From contig JAPSGB010000041.1 in NCBI GenBank assembly GCA_035063585.1, forward strand, positions 1-38,748: a DNA stretch of 38,748 bases. The letters are read 5' to 3'. This document shows positions 26,717 to 37,410 of this stretch, one piece after another (positions within the stretch are counted from its first letter, which is position 1; each line of letters begins with the position of its first letter). The position numbers were made by a program, and so were the translations under genes. The notes beneath the pieces are model-generated. The model had not been told where the DNA came from and searched no databases. It saw only the letters and a list, made by a program, of their open reading frames with translations. This DNA is from Polyangiaceae bacterium (GTDB lineage: Bacteria > Myxococcota_A > Polyangia > Polyangiales > Polyangiaceae).

Positions 26717-27817
26717 TCACTTCGCGGGCTTGCCCGCCTCGCCGAGCGTGAACTCGAGCTTGGTCTGAGCGCGAAGGCCAGCCTGAGGCTGGCCTTGCGC
26801 CTGCTGCGCGCCGGAGCTGAGCGGCGCGAGCAGCGTCTGCGTCAAGGACGCCGTGATCGGGATGGGCGTGCCCTTCCGCACCTGGATGGTGCCCGCGGAG
26901 CTGGCGTCGAACTGCGCGAGCTTCAGATCCTTCATGTCGGCCGGGAGCCCCGGCACGTCGATGGTGTCCGAGGCCGCGTAGCGCTTGGTGCTCTCGCTCA
27001 GCGTGAGCACGTCCCCGGCGATGCTCTCCACTTTCACCAACCGATAGGCGACCACGTCGATCCCGGCGAGCTCCTCCCGCGTGGTCACCATCCAGAAGGC
27101 TCCCGCGCCCACCGGTTGGTCGGGGAACGGGATCGTGAGCGTCGCGAGCCCCTCGGCGAGCGAGCTCAGGATGGTGCCGAGCCCCGGGTCGGCCGCCTTC
27201 GCGAGGACCACCCGGAAATCACCGCCGGCGCCGTTTCGCGCCACGGAGTACTCGACGCTGCTCCCTTGCAGCTTGCCGAGCTGATCGCGCACCTCCTTCG
27301 GGAGGTTCCCGCTGGCGTCCGAGACGCCCGCGCGCGTCACCGTGGCGGTAACGCCGACGGCCTCGCCCTCGGCCGCGGGCGCCTTCGGCTTCTTCGCCTC
27401 GAACCGGAGCGCGAGCGCCATCGGCGGGAGGGCGCCGCCGCCGGTCTGCAGCGTGAGCACGAGCTCGCCCGGGTGCTTGTAGCCGGCGGCGGGCTGCATC
27501 GACGAGAGCGCGACGCGCGGCTCGGAGCCCTCGCCGCCCAGCACGAGCTTGGCCGGAGCCCCCTTCGGCATGGCGCGATCGGCAGCGCCCGGCGCGAACA
27601 CCCCCGTCTCGGGCGGCTCGTCGCTGCCGCCCGCGGGCGCCGCGCCCTTCGCGTCCTTGGCGGACGCGGCTGCGACCGCCTTGGCGAGCGCCGGGTCGAG
27701 GGCCTTGTCGCCCGCGTCCGCGACCTCGGCGGCGCTCATCATCTTGGGCTTGTCTTCGCAGCCGGCGACGAGCAGCGCGGCCGCCGCCAGCGTGTAAGTC
27801 ACGACGATCGTTCGCAT
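26717..27817 (-). CDS. Hypothetical lipoprotein with beta-rich C-terminal domain
   Basis: MRTIVVTYTLAAAALLVAGC lipobox; GAGGA SD; PFPDQPVGAGAFW motif. Confidence 0.82.
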   Translation of the reverse strand: MRTIVVTYTLAAAALLVAGCEDKPKMMSAAEVADAGDKALDPALAKAVAAASAKDAKGAAPAGGSDEPPETGVFAPGAADRAMPKGAPAKLVLGGEGSEPRVALSSMQPAAGYKHPGELVLTLQTGGGALPPMALALRFEAKKPKAPAAEGEAVGVTATVTRAGVSDASGNLPKEVRDQLGKLQGSSVEYSVARNGAGGDFRVVLAKAADPGLGTILSSLAEGLATLTIPFPDQPVGAGAFWMVTTREELAGIDVVAYRLVKVESIAGDVLTLSESTKRYAASDTIDVPGLPADMKDLKLAQFDASSAGTIQVRKGTPIPITASLTQTLLAPLSSGAQQAQGQPQAGLRAQTKLEFTLGEAGKPAK

Positions 27818-27971
27818 GGTCCTCGGTCCCCGGGTGTACTCGAATTCTGCCCCGGGAGAAAACCCGGAAGCGCGCCCGGTATTCCGCGCGAACCTCAATG
27901 AATCCGCGCGCCAGCGCGAGCCACCCTCGCGCGCGACGCCGCGAGCGACGCGCCGCACCACGCGTTCGAGA

Positions 27972-28000
27972 TTGACCGGCTCCCCGGGCAAAATCATCCT
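27972..28000 (+). promoter_or_regulatory. Sigma70-type promoter giving a probably leaderless transcript of the propeller gene
   Basis: TTGACC (27972-27977), 17 bp, CATCCT (27995-28000); GTG start 6 nt later; no SD. Confidence 0.55.
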
Positions 28001-28006
28001 GAGCGC

Positions 28007-29797
28007 GTGAAGAGACTCGACTGGGTGCTCGGGCTCGCGCTCGGAACGGCGGTCGCCGCGGCGTGCTCCGCGACCGGTGGCGGACGTCCGGGTGCAAGCG
28101 GTGGCCCCGACGCCTCCGCGACGGGCGGTGGTGGCGGGAGCCACGCGGGCGCGTCGGGGGGCGGCCAGGCGGGTCTCGCGAGCGCGGGAACCTCGGGAGC
28201 GGCCCCGGGCTCGGGTGGCACGCCTGGCTCCGGAGGAGGGCTTGGGGGTTGGGGCGGCGCGGCCGGCGGCGCGGGCTCCGGCGGCATCGACGACGGCGGG
28301 GTCACCGACGCGAACGAAGACGCGCTCATCGGCGACGGCGGGACCACGATCGTCATCGGCACCGGCGCGGACGCGAGCACTCCGGGAAAATTCTCCGGAC
28401 CGATCGACCCGGGCGCAAGCCCAACCGTCGTCTATCCCGAGACGGGCGTGCTCATCCCGCCCAACATGAACTCGCTCGAGTTCCACTTCATCCCGGCGCC
28501 CGGGCAGACGCTCTTCCAGTTCTCGTTCCACGCGCCGACGCAGAACCTCGAGGTGTACGTCGGCTGCACGCCGCTCGGCGCCGGCTGCGTGTTCACGCCC
28601 GATCAGACGTTCTGGAAAGAGCTGGTCGCCTACGCGCGTGGCACCGCGCCGGTGAGCTGGACGCTCCGCGGCGTCGACGGCGCGGGCAAGGTCGGCGCGA
28701 GCGCCGAGCAGACGATGATCTTCAGCAAGAACGACATCATCGGCGGCATCTACTACTGGAACACGCGCGGCGTCATCCAGCGCTACGACTTCGGCAACCC
28801 GGGCAAGGCGGCCGAGCAGTACCTCACGCCCGCGAGCGGCGGCGCGGCGATATGCGTCGGCTGCCACGCGCTCAGCCGCGACGGCCGCTACATCGCGATC
28901 GGCAAGGACATCCCCTCGCCGGCGCCCTACACCGTCTTCAACGTCGCGAACAAGACCGTGCACAGCGCGGGAGGCAAGCCCTTCAACGGGCAGTCGAACT
29001 TCTTCTCGTTCTCGCCGGACAGCGCGTACCTGCTCTTCTCGGGGGGCATCAACGTGCAGCAGCGCGACCTCGCGACCGGCGCGCTGGCGAGCGGCATGGT
29101 CGCCAAGCCCGGCACCATGCCCGACTGGTCCCCCGACGGCACCCTGCTCGTCTACGCGAAGCCGAAGACGGCTCCCTTCGCACCGCAGCCGGGCGTCTCC
29201 TCGGCCTCGCTCGAGCTCCTCTCTTATGGCGGCGGCTCGTCATGGACGAACCCGAAGACGCTCGTGCCGTTCACCGGGCAAAATAGCTACTACCCGGCGT
29301 TCTCGCCCGACAGCCAGTGGGTCGTCTTCAACCGCTCGCCGGGTAACCACGAGTCTTATAGTAACTCCCGGCCCGACAGCGACGCGGGCACCGTGCCGGA
29401 CGGTGAGCTCTGGGCGGTGTCACGGAGCGGCGGCGCGCTCATCCAGCTCGCTCACGCGACGCGCTCCAAGTGGAGCTCGTGGCCGAAGTGGGCGCCGAAC
29501 GTGCAGACGTACTACGACGGCACGGTGATGTGGCTCACCTTCTCGAGCTCGCGCGCGTACGGCCTCCGGCTCGCGGACGGCGCCAAGACGCAGCTCTGGA
29601 TGGTCGGCTTCGATCCCGCGAAGGCCGCCGCCGGAAAGGATCCGTCGTTCGCCGCCTTCTGGCTCCCTTTCCAGGACATCACCGGCGGCAACCACATCGC
29701 GCAGTGGGTCACCCGAGTCCTCCGTCAGCCGTGCAAGGCGGCCGCCGACTGCCCCGGCACCGACTTCTGTCGCGGCGGGTACTGTTTCGGGATTTGA
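28007..29797 (+). CDS. TolB-like (PD40) beta-propeller lipoprotein with Gly-rich linker, one CxxCH and a Cys-rich tail
   Basis: Lipobox AAAC; blades FSFSPDS, PDWSPDG, PAFSPDS, PKWAP; WLTFSSSR; CVGCH. Confidence 0.88.
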   Translation: MKRLDWVLGLALGTAVAAACSATGGGRPGASGGPDASATGGGGGSHAGASGGGQAGLASAGTSGAAPGSGGTPGSGGGLGGWGGAAGGAGSGGIDDGGVTDANEDALIGDGGTTIVIGTGADASTPGKFSGPIDPGASPTVVYPETGVLIPPNMNSLEFHFIPAPGQTLFQFSFHAPTQNLEVYVGCTPLGAGCVFTPDQTFWKELVAYARGTAPVSWTLRGVDGAGKVGASAEQTMIFSKNDIIGGIYYWNTRGVIQRYDFGNPGKAAEQYLTPASGGAAICVGCHALSRDGRYIAIGKDIPSPAPYTVFNVANKTVHSAGGKPFNGQSNFFSFSPDSAYLLFSGGINVQQRDLATGALASGMVAKPGTMPDWSPDGTLLVYAKPKTAPFAPQPGVSSASLELLSYGGGSSWTNPKTLVPFTGQNSYYPAFSPDSQWVVFNRSPGNHESYSNSRPDSDAGTVPDGELWAVSRSGGALIQLAHATRSKWSSWPKWAPNVQTYYDGTVMWLTFSSSRAYGLRLADGAKTQLWMVGFDPAKAAAGKDPSFAAFWLPFQDITGGNHIAQWVTRVLRQPCKAAADCPGTDFCRGGYCFGI

Positions 29798-29831
29798 GCG
29801 GAACGAGCGCGACGCAGCGCGCCGCGCGCGC

Positions 29832-32000
29832 TCAGGAGCGGAAGCCGATGGACGCCGGCTGGGAGCGGCGCGCGACGAGCTCGTCGGCGAGCTCGTCGAG
29901 CAGGCGTCCCGCGTCGATGACCCCTCCGATGATGCGGAGGCGGCGCGCCACCGCGGCAAAATCGCCGGGGACCAGCTCGCCGAGCCGCGCGAGGCCGGCC
30001 GGCGCCCGCTCGGCGCGCGCGCCGAGCCCCTCGAGCGTGGCGAGGAACATGCGCTCGCGCTGCGCGAGCCGGAGCGGCTCGAAGCGCACCTTGATCGCAA
30101 ACCGGCGAAACGCGGCGGCGTCGAGGCTCTCCATCAGGTTCGTGGCGCACACGAAAATGCCTTCGAACGTCTCCATTTGCACGAGCAGCTCGTTCACCAG
30201 GGTCACCTCCCAGCTCCGTTGGGCGCGTCCCCGGTCCTGAAGGAAGCTGTCCGCCTCATCGAGGAAGAGGAGCGCGCCCTCGTTCTTGGCTTCGCGGAAC
30301 ATCTCGGCAAGATTTTTCTCGGTCATGCCGAGGTACGGATCGAGCAAGTCCGAGGCGCGCTTCACGAGCAACGGCACGCCGAGCCGCTCGGCGAGGTGTG
30401 CGGCGAGCGCGCTCTTGCCGGTGCCGGGAACGCCGTGAAAGGCGATGGTACCGCGCCTCGTCCGTGAGAGCCCGCTCACCAGGGAGTCGATGTCGACGCT
30501 CGCGTTGACGAACGAGGCGTCGTAGCGGCAGGCGTCGTTCGGCGCCCGGCGAGGCGCGCCGTGGCTCCCCTCGGCGAGCAGAGCCCCGTCGATGGACAGC
30601 GAGAGCACCGCTTCGAGGTCCTCGCGCTGAGTCGCGCCCACGATCCGCGCGACGCGCGCCGCGCGCGCGATGGTGGCGGGACGCACCCGCTCGTCGCGCG
30701 AGGTCGCGTCGATCCAGGCCTTGCCGACCGGCAGCCCGGCGGTCTCAGACTCGATGATGCGCTGACGCACCCGCGCAGGCGGCGTGCGGAGCTCGATGAC
30801 GAGGTCGAAGCGGCGGCGAAACGCCGGATCGAGCCGCGCTACGCTGTTCGAGATCCAGACGGTGGGCACCGGGTTCGTCTCGAGCAGGCGGTTGATCCAC
30901 GCCTTGCGCCCGGTGTGATCGCCGCGGTCGCCCAGGAGCCAGCTGGGGGACGGCGGGAAGACGTCTTCCAGCTCGTCGAAGACGAGGACCGTCCCGGGCG
31001 CCTCGCGGAGGAAGCGCTGCACGAGCGCGTAGGACTCGAAGCGCGCGCTCGAGTTGGCGACCGCCCCCCCGCGGTCTCCGCAGGGGGCGACCTCGAAGAG
31101 CCGCGCGCCGATCGCGTCGGTGAGGACTCGGGCGAGCACCGTCTTGCCGGTGCCGGGCGGGCCGTAGATGAGGACGTTCACGCCGCACGTGCGCTTCGCG
31201 GTGGCCGCCTCGAGCAGCCGTCGGGCGACGTCGAGCTCTCGGGCGACGTGGGCGAAGTCCTCCACGGCGAGCGAGGTCGGCGCGGCCGGCGCGAAGAAGG
31301 CCGCGAGGAGCGCGTCGGGCGACGCGTGCTCCGCGCTGAGCTTCGCCGTGATCTCGTCGGGGCAGCGGAGCGGCACCTGGTAGCGGACGGGTCGCTCCGC
31401 GAGCTTGACGAGGCCGAGCTCGGCGAGCGGCGCGGTGGGGCCGAGCGCGGCGCGCACCTGCTCCTGCGGGGCCGCGACGATCTTCGGGAGGACCGTGTGG
31501 AGCCGTCCATCCGTCGTGACCCGGAACATGTTGAAGCACTCTTCGAACGCCGGGTCCGCCTCAGCGGTGACGGTGAAGGAGAGGAGCTCGAGCGCGACCG
31601 GGTCGAGCCCGAGCCGCTCGGCGAGCCAGGCGAGGTTCCGCGACACGGGATCCGTCGCAATCTCGGGCGCGGCCTCGAGCTCGGCGAGCCAGCGAGTGAG
31701 GGCCGGCTCGATGGCGTCGGGCGGGACGTCATCGGCGAGCTCGAACGAGACCCCGAGCGCCGTGCAGAGCTCCGTGTTCGGCCAGCAGCCGCTCGAGAAG
31801 AAGTGGCCGAGCAAGTCCCCGCGCAGGAGCACGCGCAGCAGCCAGCGGAGCGGGCGGCCGCGGACCGCTTCGGGCGGCGAGGCCGGCCACTCGCGCTTCC
31901 CCTTCGACTTCCTCGTCGACTTCCTCTTCGACCGCGTCCGCGCCGGCCTCTGGGGCAGCCGGATCTCGGAAAGCTCAGAGTCCCCGATGTGTCTCGTCAT
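29832..32000 (-). CDS. Tandem two-domain AAA+ ATPase (SpoVK/Ycf46/Vps4-like)
   Basis: Walker A GPPGTGKT and GVPGTGKS; Walker B VLVFDELED and LLFLDEADS; LDPAFRRRF and LDAAAFRRF; C-terminal IGF; GGAGG SD before ATG 32000. Confidence 0.9.
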   Translation of the reverse strand: MTRHIGDSELSEIRLPQRPARTRSKRKSTRKSKGKREWPASPPEAVRGRPLRWLLRVLLRGDLLGHFFSSGCWPNTELCTALGVSFELADDVPPDAIEPALTRWLAELEAAPEIATDPVSRNLAWLAERLGLDPVALELLSFTVTAEADPAFEECFNMFRVTTDGRLHTVLPKIVAAPQEQVRAALGPTAPLAELGLVKLAERPVRYQVPLRCPDEITAKLSAEHASPDALLAAFFAPAAPTSLAVEDFAHVARELDVARRLLEAATAKRTCGVNVLIYGPPGTGKTVLARVLTDAIGARLFEVAPCGDRGGAVANSSARFESYALVQRFLREAPGTVLVFDELEDVFPPSPSWLLGDRGDHTGRKAWINRLLETNPVPTVWISNSVARLDPAFRRRFDLVIELRTPPARVRQRIIESETAGLPVGKAWIDATSRDERVRPATIARAARVARIVGATQREDLEAVLSLSIDGALLAEGSHGAPRRAPNDACRYDASFVNASVDIDSLVSGLSRTRRGTIAFHGVPGTGKSALAAHLAERLGVPLLVKRASDLLDPYLGMTEKNLAEMFREAKNEGALLFLDEADSFLQDRGRAQRSWEVTLVNELLVQMETFEGIFVCATNLMESLDAAAFRRFAIKVRFEPLRLAQRERMFLATLEGLGARAERAPAGLARLGELVPGDFAAVARRLRIIGGVIDAGRLLDELADELVARRSQPASIGFRS

Positions 32001-32031
32001 GTTTCCTCCGGCCCAGGAGGATGAGCGGGAG

Positions 32032-32052
32032 CTGCGACATGCCTCGTCGCAG
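32032..32052. promoter_or_regulatory. Perfect palindrome CTGCGAC-N7-GTCGCAG, candidate WYL-regulator (DriD-type) site
   Basis: 7-bp arms with a 7-bp spacer, 8 nt upstream of a CATCCT -10-like hexamer on the minus strand, ahead of the AAA+ gene. Confidence 0.55.
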
Positions 32053-32110
32053 GCGACGCGGCGTGCCGCCCCACAGAAGCCTCCTGAACGCACGCACAGT
32101 GCAGGCGCGC

Positions 32111-34654
32111 TCAGAACGGCGGTGGCTCGTCGATCGGACCGGGAGGTTCGTCGGGGCGATGCGGAGGGCCGGGCGGAACCGCCGGCTCGTTCGGCGACGC
32201 CGGCCGCGCCGGACCGCCATCCCCATTCCCCATGGAATCTTCACGCGGGGTCGGAGTCGGCGGCTCTTCGAGCTCGCTCGGCGCGCCCGCGTCCGGCGCT
32301 TCGGCGGCGGCCTCCACGCCCGCGTCGAGCGGGGCGGACGCGTCCGGGACGGTGCCCTCGAGGAAATCCTCGTCGGCGCCGCCGTCCGCACCGAGCGGCG
32401 CGAGCAGGCCGGTCGCCGGATCGATCCGCGCCGAGACGATGGAACCGGGGCGCGGGAACTCAGTCGGCGGGCGGCCCTGGTGCGCGGCCTTCATGAAGGC
32501 GATCCATTCGGGCAGCGCGGTCACCGCGCCTTCCTCGCCCCAGCCGAGCGGATTCGCATCGTCGTAGCCGACCCAGACCGCAGCGGCGAGGTCGGTCGAG
32601 TAACCGACGAACCAGGCATCCTTCGACTGGTTGGTGGTGCCCGTCTTGCCTGCCACCGGGAAACCGATGGTGCTCGCGCGTTTGCCGGTGCCGGACTTCA
32701 CCACGCTCTCGAGGAGGCTCGTGATGAGGAACGCCTCGTCCGGCTGCATCACGCGGCGCGCGGGGGGGACGGGCGGGAGCGGCACCTCTTTGCCGTCGGG
32801 TCCGAGGATCTTCGTGACCAAGATCGGCTCGGCGTACTCGCCGCCGCTCGCGAACGTGGTGTACGCGTTCGCCATCTCGAGCGGCGTCACCTCGTAGGCA
32901 CCGAGCGCGAGCGAGAGGTTGGGCTCGAGGTGCGACGAGATTCCGAGCGCGCGCGCCCACTCGACCACGTTCGCCGGGCCGACCTCGCGGAACACGCGCT
33001 CGGCGGCTCCGTTGTCGCTGCGCGCGATGGCCTCGCGCAGGCTGAGCGTGCGGGCCGCGCCCGGGTGCTTCTTGTCGGGCGGGAGCTCGAGCACGGACGC
33101 CGGCGTGAAGCGGCGCGAGCGGAGCGCATAACTGTAAACGAACGCCTTGAACGACGAGCCGGGCTGACGGCGCGCCTGGAGCGCGCGGTCGAGCCCGCCG
33201 CCGAGGGCCTCGTAGCTGCCGATCAGCGCGAGCACCTCTCGGGTGCGGACGTCGATCGCGACCAGCGCCGTCTCCGGACCGAGTTCGAGACGGAGCGGGA
33301 CGGGCGCGGAGGGGTCCGGCGGCGCGAGCAAGCTCACGCGGAGCGTGGCACCGACCGCGGTGAATTGGCTCGGGGGCGCGCGCTTCGGGTTGTAGCGCTC
33401 CTCCTTGTCGAGCTGCACGCGGCCGAGCGCGTTGCCCACCTCGACCTCGATGCTGTTCTTCGCATCGTCGAGCGCCTTCACGGTGCCGACGTACACGCGG
33501 TGCTCCTTCGGCGTGCCCGAGAAGGGCGCCCCCCAGAGCCGACGCTTGGCGAGCGTGAACGGCGGCTCGAGCTTCTGCCGCTTGGCGTAGGTGGTAAGGT
33601 TGTCGCGCGCCGCCTTGCGCGCGGCGCTCTGGAGCGCCGGTGAGATGGTGGTGGTCACGGTGAAGCCGCCCTTTCGCGCGCGCTCGCCGGCGACGCGCTC
33701 GAGCAATTTCTTCACGTACCCGACCACCTCGGGCGCGAGCTCGCTCTCGGCCTCGACCTCGGGCGCCAGCCGCACCGGCGCCTCCATCGACTGATCGTAG
33801 AGCTCCCTCGTAATGAAGCCCTTCTCGAGCATCTGACCGAGCACGAAGCGGCGGCGCTCGAGCGCGCCGGTGAGGTTGGTCCGCGGCGAGAAGCGTGCGG
33901 GGGAAGCGAGCGTGCCCGCCAGGAGCGCCGCCTCGGGCACCTCGAGCTCCTTGGCGTGCTTACCAAAGTAGTTTCGCGCCGCCTCCTCCACGCCGTAGCG
34001 CCCGGCACCGAAGTATACGTGGTTCAAGTAGAGGCCGAGGATCTCGTCCTTCGAGAGGTGCTGTTCGAGCCGGCGCGCGAGGATCGTCTCCTTGATCTTG
34101 CGGCTGTAGGTGCGCTCCGGGTCGAGGAGGATGTTCTTCACCACCTGCTGCGTGATGGTGCTACCGCCGGCGACCGTGTGACCGGCGCGGAGGTTTGCGA
34201 AGAGCGCGCGCACCATGCCGAGGTAGCTCACCCCCTCGTGCTCGTAGAAGCTCGCGTCCTCCGCGGCGAGGAACGCCAGCTTCACGCGGGGCGGGAGCTC
34301 GGCGATGGGTACCACCGTGCGGCGCTCGGTGAAGAGGTTCGCGAGCAGCGTCCCGTCACGCGCGAGCACGCGGGTCACCTGCGGCGGGTCGTAGCCGGCG
34401 CGGAGTTGCTCCACGCTCGGCAGGCCGGCCTCGTAGTGACGGATGGTGAAGAACACCGTCACCGAGAGGATCGCCGAGAGCGCCAGCCCGACGAATGACG
34501 CGATCTTGAGGACCCGCCACGCCACGCCACGCCAACGCCCGGGAGCGGGCTTCATCTTCCCGAGCTCGGTCGAGGCGAGGATGGGCGGGGTCGCCGCGGG
34601 CCCTCGCGCCTGACCGACGTTCGCCCGAGGCGGCTGCTCATCGCGCTCGCTCAT
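32111..34654 (-). CDS. mrcA: Class A penicillin-binding protein 1A
   Basis: N-terminal TM; GT51 motifs EDASFYEHEG, GGSTITQQ and RKIKE; transpeptidase motifs SSFK, SDN and KTG; Pro/acidic tail. TTGGCG-17-TAGGCT promoter upstream (34664-34692). Confidence 0.93.
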   Translation of the reverse strand: MSERDEQPPRANVGQARGPAATPPILASTELGKMKPAPGRWRGVAWRVLKIASFVGLALSAILSVTVFFTIRHYEAGLPSVEQLRAGYDPPQVTRVLARDGTLLANLFTERRTVVPIAELPPRVKLAFLAAEDASFYEHEGVSYLGMVRALFANLRAGHTVAGGSTITQQVVKNILLDPERTYSRKIKETILARRLEQHLSKDEILGLYLNHVYFGAGRYGVEEAARNYFGKHAKELEVPEAALLAGTLASPARFSPRTNLTGALERRRFVLGQMLEKGFITRELYDQSMEAPVRLAPEVEAESELAPEVVGYVKKLLERVAGERARKGGFTVTTTISPALQSAARKAARDNLTTYAKRQKLEPPFTLAKRRLWGAPFSGTPKEHRVYVGTVKALDDAKNSIEVEVGNALGRVQLDKEERYNPKRAPPSQFTAVGATLRVSLLAPPDPSAPVPLRLELGPETALVAIDVRTREVLALIGSYEALGGGLDRALQARRQPGSSFKAFVYSYALRSRRFTPASVLELPPDKKHPGAARTLSLREAIARSDNGAAERVFREVGPANVVEWARALGISSHLEPNLSLALGAYEVTPLEMANAYTTFASGGEYAEPILVTKILGPDGKEVPLPPVPPARRVMQPDEAFLITSLLESVVKSGTGKRASTIGFPVAGKTGTTNQSKDAWFVGYSTDLAAAVWVGYDDANPLGWGEEGAVTALPEWIAFMKAAHQGRPPTEFPRPGSIVSARIDPATGLLAPLGADGGADEDFLEGTVPDASAPLDAGVEAAAEAPDAGAPSELEEPPTPTPREDSMGNGDGGPARPASPNEPAVPPGPPHRPDEPPGPIDEPPPF

Positions 34655-34702
34655 CCGCGTGCGAGCCTAGCGCCCCGCGCGAGGAGCGCCAAAAAACGCC
34701 CG

Positions 34703-35785
<1,083 letters not shown>

Positions 35786-35926
35786 GCAGCCTCGACTGAT
35801 AGCAAATCCGGTCGGCTTCTACGAGGGCCACGCACAGCGGACCACCAGCCGGACGGCGCCGCGCTCGCAGCGTTTTCTTTGCGGGCCCGCGCGGCTCGGG
35901 CTACCTGTCGAGGCGTCTGCGCCGTC

Positions 35927-36697
35927 ATGACTGCCGCCGACTTCGAAACCAGCCCGCTGCTCGAAGCCTCCGGGTTTCGCCACGCCTTCTTCACACGGCG
36001 CGGCGGCGTGTCGACCGGCGCTTACGCCTCGCTCAGCTTCTCCACCGCGAGCGGCGACGCGCCGGATCACGTGAGCGAGAACCTCGCTCGCGCCGCGCGC
36101 GCGCTCGGGGTCGCGCCGAACATGCTCTACTTCCTGTCGCAGGTGCACGGCCGCGAGGTGCTCCGCGTGCGCGGCGGCGAAGCGCGCGACGAGGTCCTGC
36201 GACGCGAGGGTGACGCCGTGGTGAGCGGCGACGCCGGCGTGGCTTGCGCGGTGCGCGTCGCCGACTGCGTGCCGCTCCTCGTCGCGGACCGAGCGAGCGG
36301 CGCCGTAGCTGCGGCTCATGCTGGTTGGCGGGGCGTCGCGGCCGGCGTCGCGGCGGAGTCCGTCCGCGCGCTCCGCGCGCTCACCGGCGCGGAGGGCGCG
36401 CTCGTCGCTGCCATCGGCCCGCACATCTCCGTGGACGCCTTCGAGGTGTCGGACGAGGTCGCCCAGACGCTCCGCGACGCGTCGCCGGATCCGGACGTCG
36501 TCCGTCCGGGTCCCCACGGGCGACCTCACGTCAATCTGCGGAAGATCATCCGCGCGCAGCTCTGCGAGGTAGGGCTCCGCGCGCAGGACGTCGACGACGT
36601 CGGCGGCTGCACGGTGGGCGATCCAGCGCGATATTTCTCCTTTCGTCGCGACGGAAAGGCGAGCGGGCGACACCTCGCGGCGATCGTCGCGCGGTAG
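35927..36697 (+). CDS. pgeF: Peptidoglycan editing factor PgeF (YfiH/FAMIN-like nucleoside phosphorylase)
   Basis: HAFFTRRGGVS, QVHG, ADCVPLL, AHAGWRG, AIGPHI and YFSFRR motifs. Confidence 0.93.
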   Translation: MTAADFETSPLLEASGFRHAFFTRRGGVSTGAYASLSFSTASGDAPDHVSENLARAARALGVAPNMLYFLSQVHGREVLRVRGGEARDEVLRREGDAVVSGDAGVACAVRVADCVPLLVADRASGAVAAAHAGWRGVAAGVAAESVRALRALTGAEGALVAAIGPHISVDAFEVSDEVAQTLRDASPDPDVVRPGPHGRPHVNLRKIIRAQLCEVGLRAQDVDDVGGCTVGDPARYFSFRRDGKASGRHLAAIVAR

Positions 36698-36735
36698 CGC
36701 TCCTGCCCGAGGCTCGAGCGGAGCGCGGCGCGCGC

Positions 36736-37206
36736 TCAGTCGTCGAGGAGCACACGCACGGCCGTCCGCACCCGTGTGGTGGACTCGAACTCGGAAGAAA
36801 GCACCACGTACTCGTGCCCGTCCGGATCGCGCCAGATGGGGACCTCGACCTCCTCCGCGTCCAGTGTCCCAAGGTTTCGGAGTGTGTCGAAGCAAAACGG
36901 ATCCTCGACCGGATCGACGAAGAGCACCCAGACCGCGCGTGCGAGCGCGGGCACGCTCGCCTGGATGCGGCGCCGCGCGGCGACCACCGTGATCGCCACC
37001 GGGTTCGTGCGAGTGAGCACGACGATCGCGCGCTGCGTCTCGCTCTTCAGCACCGGCAGCCGCTCGGCAAGAGCGATGAAGCGTTCGATGGAGGGAAACG
37101 GCCCGTCGATGACGCGACTGATGTCGCCGCCCGCCTCGACGATGAACCGTGAGCACAGCTCGGCGTGCTCCGCGCGCGGTGGCAAACCATACGGGTAGAG
37201 CACCAT
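36736..37206 (-). CDS. Hypothetical protein
   Basis: 156-aa ORF with globular composition filling the gap between pgeF and the next gene. Start uncertain. Confidence 0.6.
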   Translation of the reverse strand: MVLYPYGLPPRAEHAELCSRFIVEAGGDISRVIDGPFPSIERFIALAERLPVLKSETQRAIVVLTRTNPVAITVVAARRRIQASVPALARAVWVLFVDPVEDPFCFDTLRNLGTLDAEEVEVPIWRDPDGHEYVVLSSEFESTTRVRTAVRVLLDD

Positions 37207-37410
37207 CCCGGGGTGGCTGGCGGCGCTCGGTCTAATATTCGACACAATCTTGGATCGTATCACGATGCAATCTCGAATGATCGGACACTCGCACACTTCT
37301 TTGGTGGTCTCGTGCGCCGGTCTTCCCACCGAGGGCGCGGCGCGGCGTTCCTGAGCGGGCGCGACCGGCGGGCTTGTGCCGAACCCGTGCGCGGGTACTC
37401 TCGACGCACG

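Noticed and set aside
26717..28963. Apparent 748-aa protein on the minus strand
   Set aside because: The N-terminal half is antisense to the propeller gene; the real start is ATG 27817, which has an SD and a lipobox.
1514..33643. Many long Arg/Ala-rich ORFs in the track (e.g. 1514-3715 +, 3888-5525 +, 7712-9613 +, 16012-17706 +, 30561-32024 +, 32021-33643 +)
   Set aside because: Antisense or off-frame shadows of well-supported genes, expected from stop-codon scarcity at very high GC; no recognisable motifs.
34691..34696. A6 run between the kinase and PBP1A genes as a terminator or phase-variable tract
   Set aside because: No proper stem precedes it on the coding strand; it overlaps the PBP1A -35 (TTGGCG) and is better read as part of that promoter.
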